IMG/VR virus record: IMGVR_UViG_3300035180_001778
Location: 124,001 to 188,000 of that record
Reading direction: 5' to 3' (one strand)
DNA length: 64,000 nt
Below are positions 46,155 to 53,972 of the stretch, piece by piece. How positions within the stretch are numbered: the stretch's first letter is position 1; the number at the start of each line of letters is the position of its first letter. The notes beneath the pieces are model-generated. The model was not told the DNA's origin and ran no database searches. It worked only from the letters and a program-made list of their open reading frames with translations. Position numbers and translations under genes: made by a program.

Positions 46155-46867
46155 TTGACTGCCATATCCCGACGGTCGTACGACGCTGTTCGGGTCCGTT
46201 GTTTCAGAACGTAGATGTGCTCCTCGTGCTTGTCTGCAATCTCTTGGAGGAGATTGTCGGTCCCGTGGGAGAGCTGGCCACGTTCATCGAGGATGGCGTA
46301 GACCATCTTCTCAAAAGCGAGAAACCGATGCACCATCCTCAAGCTGAGGAGAGCATAGTCGCTCGGGGAAGGGTCAAGAGGGGCCCCCTCGTACATGACT
46401 CGAACCAGGACCGCCGCATGGTAGGAGTGCATCAGAGGGTGAGCAAGGATGTGATGCCCTGCCCCAACGGCACGCTCGGCCACACGATCGATGAGCTTCT
46501 GGACGTCGTCGTAGAGCCGGTCGTAGAGGAGATGATCCCCATAGAACGTCGTCCCTCGGGTCTGCCAGTGGTGAGACTGGTGAACCATGGCCTCTGCTCG
46601 AAGGAACGCGAGAATCGCCGCCAGCTCGGAAAGAGGCGCACCCCCGTAATCGGCTGCGATGCTCTGGAGGATCTGGGACAGAATGATGAGTGGAGCATCC
46701 GCTTCCTTCTGTCCCGCAGTCACAGGCATTCGAGACTTCGACTCAGGGAGATAGGGAGGCCCATGCTGGGAGGGATCGTACATCGTGGGGTCGTGCCACA
46801 TTGCAAAGATCCCCTCGGCATGTTCGCTCTCTTCTCGCTCAGGTAGCTCCGGGTCTCCCTGGCGCAT
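46151..46867 (-). CDS. Ferritin/Dps-like protein
   Basis: HQSHHWQTRGTTFYGDHLLYDRLY...IDRVAER...NLLQEIADKHEEHIY. Confidence 0.8.
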   Translation of the reverse strand: MRQGDPELPEREESEHAEGIFAMWHDPTMYDPSQHGPPYLPESKSRMPVTAGQKEADAPLIILSQILQSIAADYGGAPLSELAAILAFLRAEAMVHQSHHWQTRGTTFYGDHLLYDRLYDDVQKLIDRVAERAVGAGHHILAHPLMHSYHAAVLVRVMYEGAPLDPSPSDYALLSLRMVHRFLAFEKMVYAILDERGQLSHGTDNLLQEIADKHEEHIYVLKQRTRTASYDRRDMAVK

Positions 46868-46870
46868 GAT

Positions 46871-48094
46871 CTACTCCTTGTGGGACTCTTCGAAGAGGTG
46901 CTCCAAGACCGTGAAGTCGTCGAAGGTGTCCTTCCACGTCTTCATTTCCTTCCGGCCCATGTCCTCACACTTCCGAGCGAACTCCTTCACCTTCGGAGGA
47001 GCGTTCTTGTAGTCCTGCACGTCCTCCATCAGGTTCGTGTACTCCTGAATGTCCTGCGAGATCTCGACCGTGAGCTTCTCGTGCTTGGCCTGGAGGGATT
47101 CCCACTTGTCCGTGTGGATCCCCTCGCTCCAGTTCTCTTCCGGGCTCCCATCCGAGACCCAGTCCTCAGCCGTCTTGGCAGCCCAAGGGTCCTTCTTCGC
47201 AACCATGATATGGTTGTTGTTCATCTTGGACCAGTCCGGCTCCTTGCCCTCTTCCTTCTTCATGTGCGTTGCGATGATGGGGAAGTAGCTGGACATGAGG
47301 CCCTTCCAGCGATTGATGTCCTTGTCGGCCGCTGAAGCCGCTTCCTTGGCCGTGGCGACAGCACGAGAAGGCATGCCAGGGAGCCGCTGGATCTGCTCCA
47401 TGATGTGCTGGTAGGTGTCGATGTCCCGCGAGATGGCCAGAGCGAGCTTCGTCCCGTCCTCGCTCAACCGATCGAACTTCGACTCACTGCGCGAGTCGAG
47501 AGCCGTGAAGGTCATCTTCGAAGCGGCGGTGCCACTCTTGACGATTCGCTCCAAGTTCTTGAACTGATCTCGAATAGAGACGTTCCAGGTCCAACGGGCC
47601 CTTCGAATCTTCGATACGAAGTCGTTGAGGTCTTGAAGAGCTTCCTTGGGGGTCACGTCGTTGTCTTGAACCTTTTCCAAGGTCATACCGAGGACAGAAA
47701 GACTGACGTCGACCCCCGTCAAGTCGCTGTAAATCTTCTGAAGATCCCGATCGAACTGCCTCATGTTCGAGTCGAACCCAGACGTCACAGCCCAGTCAGC
47801 GGCGGTCTTCGGCCCCTTGGGGGTCTTGGGGGCCTTCTTGGCTTCCTGCCCCTCCTCGCGCATCTCCTGTCCGACCTGAGCCGGCGTGAATCGCTTCGGC
47901 TTGGCCACGAAGGTCTTGCCGTTGTAGGGCGACTTGATCGAGGTGAGGCGTTCCTCCAGGTAGAAGACACGCCCCTCCGGATCCGTGTACTTCCAGAGGA
48001 GAGCGGGACCCCCGGGCTTGGGATCAGCTTTGGCCGCGAGCTTGTCGCTCAACTCGGTGGCCTCGATCAAAATACTGGCTTGTCGGGGGTGCAT
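46871..48094 (-). CDS. Modular helical protein, candidate processed internal-head protein
   Basis: Modules bounded by RQAS / KTAADW / KTAEDW; two similar helical repeats. Confidence 0.65.
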   Translation of the reverse strand: MHPRQASILIEATELSDKLAAKADPKPGGPALLWKYTDPEGRVFYLEERLTSIKSPYNGKTFVAKPKRFTPAQVGQEMREEGQEAKKAPKTPKGPKTAADWAVTSGFDSNMRQFDRDLQKIYSDLTGVDVSLSVLGMTLEKVQDNDVTPKEALQDLNDFVSKIRRARWTWNVSIRDQFKNLERIVKSGTAASKMTFTALDSRSESKFDRLSEDGTKLALAISRDIDTYQHIMEQIQRLPGMPSRAVATAKEAASAADKDINRWKGLMSSYFPIIATHMKKEEGKEPDWSKMNNNHIMVAKKDPWAAKTAEDWVSDGSPEENWSEGIHTDKWESLQAKHEKLTVEISQDIQEYTNLMEDVQDYKNAPPKVKEFARKCEDMGRKEMKTWKDTFDDFTVLEHLFEESHKE

Positions 48095-48130
48095 GCTAAC
48101 TCCTCACTGTGATGCTTCGAAAGAAGGTTA

Positions 48131-48901
48131 TCAGTTCCCCTGACGCTTCTTCTTGAGAGCGGCCGAGGCGCCCGAGACCGAAGACCCTTCCGAAGTCTCC
48201 GACTGAACCTCGACATGGGCATCCATGTCCTTCGAGGCGATCGTCGAGGGGATGAATGCCGGGGCGTCACCACCCACAACATCCGTCACAGCCTTCAGGA
48301 TCCCGAGCCCACCCGTGTTCTGCATGATCACGACAGGCCGCTCCTTGAGAAGCTTGAGGATCTCATCGAGCTTCTCGCGTCCTCCGATCTGTGCCTCATA
48401 GAGGTCGAGCTGGCCCTGGAGACGAGCGATGTCGTTCGTGAGCTGGACGTTGGCAGCCGTCACGGTCGACAGCTCCGCTTCCACCGTGGCCTTTGCTTCT
48501 CGAAGGATCACACCGTCTTCGAGAGCGTACTTCTTCCCCAGCTCGGACTCGTCCAGCTCACGCGCGAGCTGGACGTTGGCGGATTCAAACGGCAAGAGCC
48601 GCTCGACTTCATCCTGAAGCTGCTTGTACCCATGAGCCAGAGACGTGACTCGCTCCTGGTCATCCGAAGGCGGAGGGCTCACGAGGAGAGGCGCGGGGGA
48701 AGCCGTGAACACCTTGTGGGGGTTGAGGTCACTCGTCAGACGGAAGATCTTCCGCTGCGAGAGCGCCCGCCACAGGTCCTTCGACTTGAGGGCCAGATCC
48801 TCCGGGATCGTGACGGAAGTCGAATGGGGGACATCCATCTGAATGTCCTCCAGCATGACCGTGTCCGGAGAGATCCCAAAAACAACGACGTTACCTGACA
48901 T
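48131..48901 (-). CDS. Coiled-coil protein
   Basis: Start MSGNVV (TAATG overlap); central heptad region. Confidence 0.7.
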   Translation of the reverse strand: MSGNVVVFGISPDTVMLEDIQMDVPHSTSVTIPEDLALKSKDLWRALSQRKIFRLTSDLNPHKVFTASPAPLLVSPPPSDDQERVTSLAHGYKQLQDEVERLLPFESANVQLARELDESELGKKYALEDGVILREAKATVEAELSTVTAANVQLTNDIARLQGQLDLYEAQIGGREKLDEILKLLKERPVVIMQNTGGLGILKAVTDVVGGDAPAFIPSTIASKDMDAHVEVQSETSEGSSVSGASAALKKKRQGN

Positions 48902-49404
48902 TATTTCCTCGACCATGTTGCTTGAATTTGTTTGGTGAGATCCCGAAGAAGCCTTGTACGAACAGCTTCTCGGGCCTCTTTCTTCGCCTTCTCGATGAAG
49001 TTGGTGGGGCCCCTTCCGGGATGAACCCAGGCCCCGTTCTTCATCGTTTTGGCGTTGGCCGACCGGAAAATGACTTCCCCAGTTTCCGTGACAATCGGGA
49101 TAGGGCCCTTGGCCTTCTGTAGCCAAGTCATCGGCCCCTTCTTCTGCCCCTTGACGAGAGGTCCCCAAGCCGGGTGATTTGCGATCACCGTGAGGCTGCT
49201 ATCCCCCACCTTGAGAGACAGTGCTTTTGAAAGAGACTTCCGAGCCCGAAGGGAGAAAGCCGTCTGCATCAGCTTCTCTCGAATCTGCTTCAGGAGCGTC
49301 CTCTGTAGCAGATTCAAAGCTCGATGGGGGTCAATTCCCTTGAAAGGATCCCCCAGCATAGGCTTGAGATTGACCCGCGAGACACGGAAGAAGTCGGTAC
49401 TCAT
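48901..49404 (-). CDS. Neck/virion morphogenesis protein (HK97 gp10-like)
   Basis: Basic protein with WVHPG...FIEKA motif. Confidence 0.55.
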   Translation of the reverse strand: MSTDFFRVSRVNLKPMLGDPFKGIDPHRALNLLQRTLLKQIREKLMQTAFSLRARKSLSKALSLKVGDSSLTVIANHPAWGPLVKGQKKGPMTWLQKAKGPIPIVTETGEVIFRSANAKTMKNGAWVHPGRGPTNFIEKAKKEAREAVRTRLLRDLTKQIQATWSRK

Positions 49405-50744
49405 CAGTATTCCGTGTTCTCCCACGCCAAAGAACGACCTCGAAGCTGTACCTCCGCCGGGACATCAGGATGGTCGGTGGGGATAGCTTCCGCTTCGTCC
49501 TCGGGTCCCGAAGGAATGAAGCCAGCGGCGGGGTATCTCCGGGGGCCGTCCATGGGCACCTTGTACCGGATGTCCTTCTCGTCGAAGTGCCCGATGTTGA
49601 AGTGTTGCTGGAGGATCATGCCTCGGTTCGTCGGCATTCGAACGGCCCCGATGCTGTACCGTTCTCCGTTGACCTTGACCAAGAAGTCACGGTGAGCGAG
49701 CAAGGGTGAAGGCCCCGTCCAGGCTTCGTAGGTGTGCTCAATCGTACGACCAATGTCCTTCTGGGATATCTTCCGTTCCGCATCGTCGGGGGCGATGATG
49801 ATGTCGTAGGGCCCCTCATAGCCATCGACGATCCCCGTCCCGAAGCAGATGATGCAGTCGTTGATGGGCTGGTTGTGGAAGTCATCCTCGATGCAGGGGC
49901 AAGGGAGCCCCACGTTCTTTCGGAGGAAGACCTTCACCCGCTCCCCACCCTGCTCCAGAATCCAACGGTTCCGGTGGACAGCTTCACGCCAGATGTAGTC
50001 GAGCTTCTCGATCTCGAAGCTCGACGTCGAGATCGCGTTCTCCAGGGGTGTCTCGACGACTTTCCCTGTCGAATCGCTCGCCAAGATACCCACCGTCGTG
50101 ACTCGGTAGAACACCCGCTGAGAGAGGTCGGTACGAAGCAGGGACCTCACCCGCCGATAGGAACAGAGGACCTGGCTGTCCTCCTTCGGGTACACAGGAA
50201 GGACAGCCTTCTGGGTCGCCACGTCGGCCTGTACGGAGCCGTCGATCTCGACTTCACCCACGAAGCCTCGGACGGCTTTCACGACCGCCTGAACCCCATC
50301 CACGTAGACGTAGACATCCTCGGGGCTGTCCGCGTTCGTCCCCTGCGAGCCGGACTTCACGATGGGGTAGTGGAGCGTCTTGAAGACGTACCGGCGGAGG
50401 TCGTGGCTCACGCTGGCCTGACCCTTCAAGACGAAATTCGCCGAGACGTCTTCCTCGACAATCAGCTCGATATCTGTGCGATCACGCCAATAGGTCGACC
50501 CCACAGGGAGATTCGTCAGCCGTTGAAAGGGCCCGAATTCACTGTCGAAGCTACGGTAGACGTTCACCCCCAAAAGGATGAAGTCTCCGTTACGGCTGAG
50601 CTGGGAAGGGTCGTCCCATACCAGGTCGAAGATCCACGCTTCGTACCCACTGGTGAGGAAGAGATTCAACGGCGGAGCCGGCCACGGAGCCCTGGAAATC
50701 TCCAGGTTGGTGATCGGTCGGTCTCGTTGAGTTGCGTACGGCAT
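49404..50744 (-). CDS. Head closure/neck protein
   Basis: GERVKVF..K..G..CPC...C..CFGTG.V.GY...WTGPSP...RDF pattern. Confidence 0.6.
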   Translation of the reverse strand: MPYATQRDRPITNLEISRAPWPAPPLNLFLTSGYEAWIFDLVWDDPSQLSRNGDFILLGVNVYRSFDSEFGPFQRLTNLPVGSTYWRDRTDIELIVEEDVSANFVLKGQASVSHDLRRYVFKTLHYPIVKSGSQGTNADSPEDVYVYVDGVQAVVKAVRGFVGEVEIDGSVQADVATQKAVLPVYPKEDSQVLCSYRRVRSLLRTDLSQRVFYRVTTVGILASDSTGKVVETPLENAISTSSFEIEKLDYIWREAVHRNRWILEQGGERVKVFLRKNVGLPCPCIEDDFHNQPINDCIICFGTGIVDGYEGPYDIIIAPDDAERKISQKDIGRTIEHTYEAWTGPSPLLAHRDFLVKVNGERYSIGAVRMPTNRGMILQQHFNIGHFDEKDIRYKVPMDGPRRYPAAGFIPSGPEDEAEAIPTDHPDVPAEVQLRGRSLAWENTEY

Positions 50745-50774
50745 GTGCCTTACAGAGGCCCAGAGACAAAAAGA

Positions 50775-51059
50775 TTACCCTTTCGGGATCGGCTTCAAGG
50801 GGAATAGCTTCCCCGTCTCGTCAATATCCACAGGGAAGTCCGGCGGTAGCCCACGATCCATGAGGATCTTCTGGAAGACCTTGTCCCGCTCATCTCGAAG
50901 AGGCCGCGCTGCCACAAGAAGGCGGATCTTCTCTTCCTCCAAGTCGAGGAGCTGGGCCGCGAGCATCTTCCGGGTCTCGTCCACTTCCGCGAGGTGCTTC
51001 ATGGTGGTCGCATCGACCGGGTCGTTCACGGTGAGCTTCTTCTCGGATTCGTTACTCAT
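50775..51059 (-). CDS. Small coiled-coil protein
   Basis: MSNESEKKL...; helical. Confidence 0.65.
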   Translation of the reverse strand: MSNESEKKLTVNDPVDATTMKHLAEVDETRKMLAAQLLDLEEEKIRLLVAARPLRDERDKVFQKILMDRGLPPDFPVDIDETGKLFPLKPIPKG

Positions 51060-51112
51060 TTTCATCTCGTTGTTGATCGTCGGGGCTCGAAGCTTGTACG
51101 ACGTGTATGTCT

Positions 51113-51364
51113 ATGAACCAAAGTACCGAAGTCCCCCTGTCCATGCCGATGGACGTGGAGATGGCCATCAACCTCGCAACGGATGGGGCCCTTCACGCCC
51201 TTTTCCACATCTGCAAGCAGACCGGGTGGACGCCGCACGTCGTGAACGTCCCCGAAGCCTCCGGCCTCCGCATGATCTTCATGGCCACGGACGCGAAGGA
51301 CAAGACCTGCTACTTCGACAGCGCGGTGCTCAAGCCGCCGGCCGCTCCCCTGTCGCTGAACTGA
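51113..51364 (+). CDS. Hypothetical protein
   Basis: Plausible codon usage; fills the gap between minus-strand genes. Confidence 0.55.
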   Translation: MNQSTEVPLSMPMDVEMAINLATDGALHALFHICKQTGWTPHVVNVPEASGLRMIFMATDAKDKTCYFDSAVLKPPAAPLSLN

Positions 51365-51687
51365 TCCCCGTCCACGTACTTCTTCGCCAGGAGACGAAGA
51401 AACACCTCGAACTGTGCCGGGTTGATCCCGTTGCGGAGAAGCGCATCCTTGCGTGCTTTCTCGGACAACGACTGGGAGCATGTCGAGAGGTGGCAATCAA
51501 CCCGGTGATTGCACTCGGTGCATCTGTGATTGTCGCTCTGAAGAAGCGCTGCCTTCCGACGCTGGATCGACAACCCTCGCGGGTCCGGCCGGTCCTTCCA
51601 CAAGCGACATCGGGCTCGATGTCGCTTCATCGGATTCAGGCCCCGCCCTAGAAAACCGCAAATACAAGGGTGAACGAAGGCGGGCAT
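51310..51687 (-). CDS. Cys/His-rich zinc-binding protein
   Basis: CICG...H...C, CTEC...H...C; GGTGTA-N10-ATG start. Confidence 0.6.
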   Translation of the reverse strand: MPAFVHPCICGFLGRGLNPMKRHRARCRLWKDRPDPRGLSIQRRKAALLQSDNHRCTECNHRVDCHLSTCSQSLSEKARKDALLRNGINPAQFEVFLRLLAKKYVDGDQFSDRGAAGGLSTALSK

Positions 51688-51696
51688 GCTCCGTCC

Positions 51697-52605
51697 CTAC
51701 ACCGCCGCCGACCCCTGCTCCTCGGGGTACATCAGCGTGAAGAACTTCATCTCCGAGACCTGATTGGGGATCACGTCCCCCGTCGCGAAGACGGCCACCT
51801 GTCCGCGAGGAACCTCCCGCGAGACGTGGATCTGAGCGCCGTGGAAGACCCCCATGATCCCCTTGCGGAGGATGACGGCTTGGCTCTCGATGTCCAGGAC
51901 ATCGCGTCCGTACTTGCGGAGGTCCGCATACTCGTATGCGTTCATGTAGATGTGCTCGACCTTCTTGTCCTCAGACCCATGGGGGGCGAAGACCCTCTCC
52001 GCGTAGGCCTTCAGCACAGCCGCTTTTCGGGCCACAGCATCCGGATGGGGGCCCACCGAAACAACCCCCCCATGGTCGCAGAGGTTCACGAGCTTCGTCC
52101 GGATCAGCTCCGGAGTGATCACAAGGGTGGGGAAGTCTACGTCGTCTGCAAACCCACAGGCAAAGCCCGGAGGAACTTCCTTGGAGAGGAAGACCTGAGC
52201 GTTCCACAAGCTCCCCATGATGCCAGCCCGAAGAAGTTCTCCGTTGTGTTGCGCGTCAAAAGACGCGGAGCATTCGCTCCGCAGAGTCATGTATTCTTCC
52301 ATGTTGAGGTAGATCCGAACAACACGGACATCATTCCGCTCGATATGTGCATAGACCTTGCTGGCCAGAGCCTCCAGAAGCGTCTCCCCCTTGGTCAGAA
52401 GGCCCTTGAGAGCGACGGCCGCGTTTGCGGTCATCACCGCATCCCGGATGTGCCGAATTGCCACCGATTGGTCCTCCCCCGCGGGAGTACACGCGAGAAC
52501 GACCGAGGCGAACGTCTTCGCGGCATCCCGGATCATCTCGTACTTCGGGAGCTGGTCTTCGGTGGGGCGGTGGTACGTGAAGATGTGATTTAGATCGAAT
52601 GCCAT
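51697..52605 (-). CDS. Acb2/Tad1-like hairpin domain fused to two tandem capsid-protein-like repeats
   Basis: N-terminal FTYHRP..DQ..KY..IR..A...P...DQSVA...VMTANAAVA; repeats IYLN..EY..LR...GIMG.LWNAQVFLSKEVP.G and IYMN..EYADLR...GIMG.FHGAQIHVSREVP.G. Confidence 0.65.
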   Translation of the reverse strand: MAFDLNHIFTYHRPTEDQLPKYEMIRDAAKTFASVVLACTPAGEDQSVAIRHIRDAVMTANAAVALKGLLTKGETLLEALASKVYAHIERNDVRVVRIYLNMEEYMTLRSECSASFDAQHNGELLRAGIMGSLWNAQVFLSKEVPPGFACGFADDVDFPTLVITPELIRTKLVNLCDHGGVVSVGPHPDAVARKAAVLKAYAERVFAPHGSEDKKVEHIYMNAYEYADLRKYGRDVLDIESQAVILRKGIMGVFHGAQIHVSREVPRGQVAVFATGDVIPNQVSEMKFFTLMYPEEQGSAAV

Positions 52606-52621
52606 GTGATTTCTCCTGGGA

Positions 52622-53521
52622 TCAGAATCCCGTGAACTTTCTGGGGGTCAGGACTCCAGCTCCGGTATAGGGGCCGAAGGCCGACCGGATACCAACCCCG
52701 AACTTGGGTTGCTGGAGACCGCGAACGTAGTTGACCGTGGCCTTGGCCTTTTCGAGCTGCTTGTCGAACTGCTCGGTTGAGGACTGGAGAGCCCCCTCAT
52801 ACTTGCTGGCCTTGTCGAGGTTCAGGGATACACCGCCAATCGAGTAATCGAACTCGTCGGCAATCCAGTTGATGCGGACCGCCTGGAGGGCGTGGATCAT
52901 CCCTCCCGTGAGGAGCAGCGTCCGCCACTCGGGGCGAGCCCGGCACATCTGGTCGATGTTCGCGAACGGTGTCCTCGGAGGTGAGGCGATGACCATGTCC
53001 ATCGATCGCTCGATGAACTCTTGCAGCTCTTCGTCCTCCCAGATGTACCCGAAGACCCTGTTGTACTGCTTCACGGTGGTCTCCCGTGAAGGCGGCCTGA
53101 AGTGGTAGTTCCGGTCCGGGTTGTTGTCCCGAAGGAGCATGCGCAGCCGGCGCATGAGGTCCCTCTCGATGAGGGTGTACGTCGCCGGGCCCCACTCCCC
53201 CACGGTCGTCTTGTCCACCACCTCGAACTCCTGGACGACCTGCTGAATGGGAGCCCCGACCAGCTCCCGAATCGTCCAACGGATCCGGTAGTTGCCGACG
53301 TTGGCATCGAGGGGGATCACGATGCTGGCGTAGTACTCCCCAACCGAGGGGTTCGCAGGGTTCCTTCGAGGAGGCCCCACAACGACCTCCCCTCCCGTCG
53401 TGAAGTCGAGGAGAGCGTACGTGATCTCGGCAGCGTTGGTGGGCGTGCCCGAGGCGTTGACCAAGAAGATGTTGAGGTCGCTACGCCCGAGCTGTTGCCC
53501 TCGGAAGAATGCTGTGCCCAT
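52622..53521 (-). CDS. Head-tail adaptor/neck protein with N-terminal Ig-like domain
   Basis: LRMLLRDNNPD...DEELQEFI...DEFDYSIGGVSL. Confidence 0.65.
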   Translation of the reverse strand: MGTAFFRGQQLGRSDLNIFLVNASGTPTNAAEITYALLDFTTGGEVVVGPPRRNPANPSVGEYYASIVIPLDANVGNYRIRWTIRELVGAPIQQVVQEFEVVDKTTVGEWGPATYTLIERDLMRRLRMLLRDNNPDRNYHFRPPSRETTVKQYNRVFGYIWEDEELQEFIERSMDMVIASPPRTPFANIDQMCRARPEWRTLLLTGGMIHALQAVRINWIADEFDYSIGGVSLNLDKASKYEGALQSSTEQFDKQLEKAKATVNYVRGLQQPKFGVGIRSAFGPYTGAGVLTPRKFTGF

Positions 53522-53522
53522 G

Positions 53523-53972
53523 TCAGTCCTCCAAGGTGGACTCTGACGCCCTTGGCTGAGACCACCCCGACTTGCCTTCGATGCGATCCTTGAGGGCCTC
53601 TGCGAACGCCTGGGGGTCCGTCACATGCCCTTGGACCTTCGCGACGCACCTTGCAACAGACCCTCCAATGCTCTCCCAGAACTTCTTCCGGGAGTCATCA
53701 GTCCACCCTTCAGGAAGGTCTTTCCACTCCGCAGCTTGATGAGCTGTGGCCGCGAGCTTGAGCATGTCCTGCCCATAGATGACCGACGCGCGAATTCGGC
53801 GGATCCCCAGAGAAGCCATACGCTGCCCACAAGGCGGGCAGACCTCGGCGACATCCTCGGGGTTCAACCAGAAATCCTGGTTGAGGGCGACCTTCTTTGA
53901 CCCCGAGTAGCGATGAGCCACCCGAGAGGTCAAGTCAGAACCAGCCGCGTCGTGTTTTTCGGGGAGTGCCAT
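53523..53972 (-). CDS. Hypothetical protein, candidate internal virion protein (start uncertain)
   Basis: TSRVAHRY tag, KVA site, CPPC, LPEGWTDDS.KKFW. Confidence 0.6.
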   Translation of the reverse strand: MALPEKHDAAGSDLTSRVAHRYSGSKKVALNQDFWLNPEDVAEVCPPCGQRMASLGIRRIRASVIYGQDMLKLAATAHQAAEWKDLPEGWTDDSRKKFWESIGGSVARCVAKVQGHVTDPQAFAEALKDRIEGKSGWSQPRASESTLED

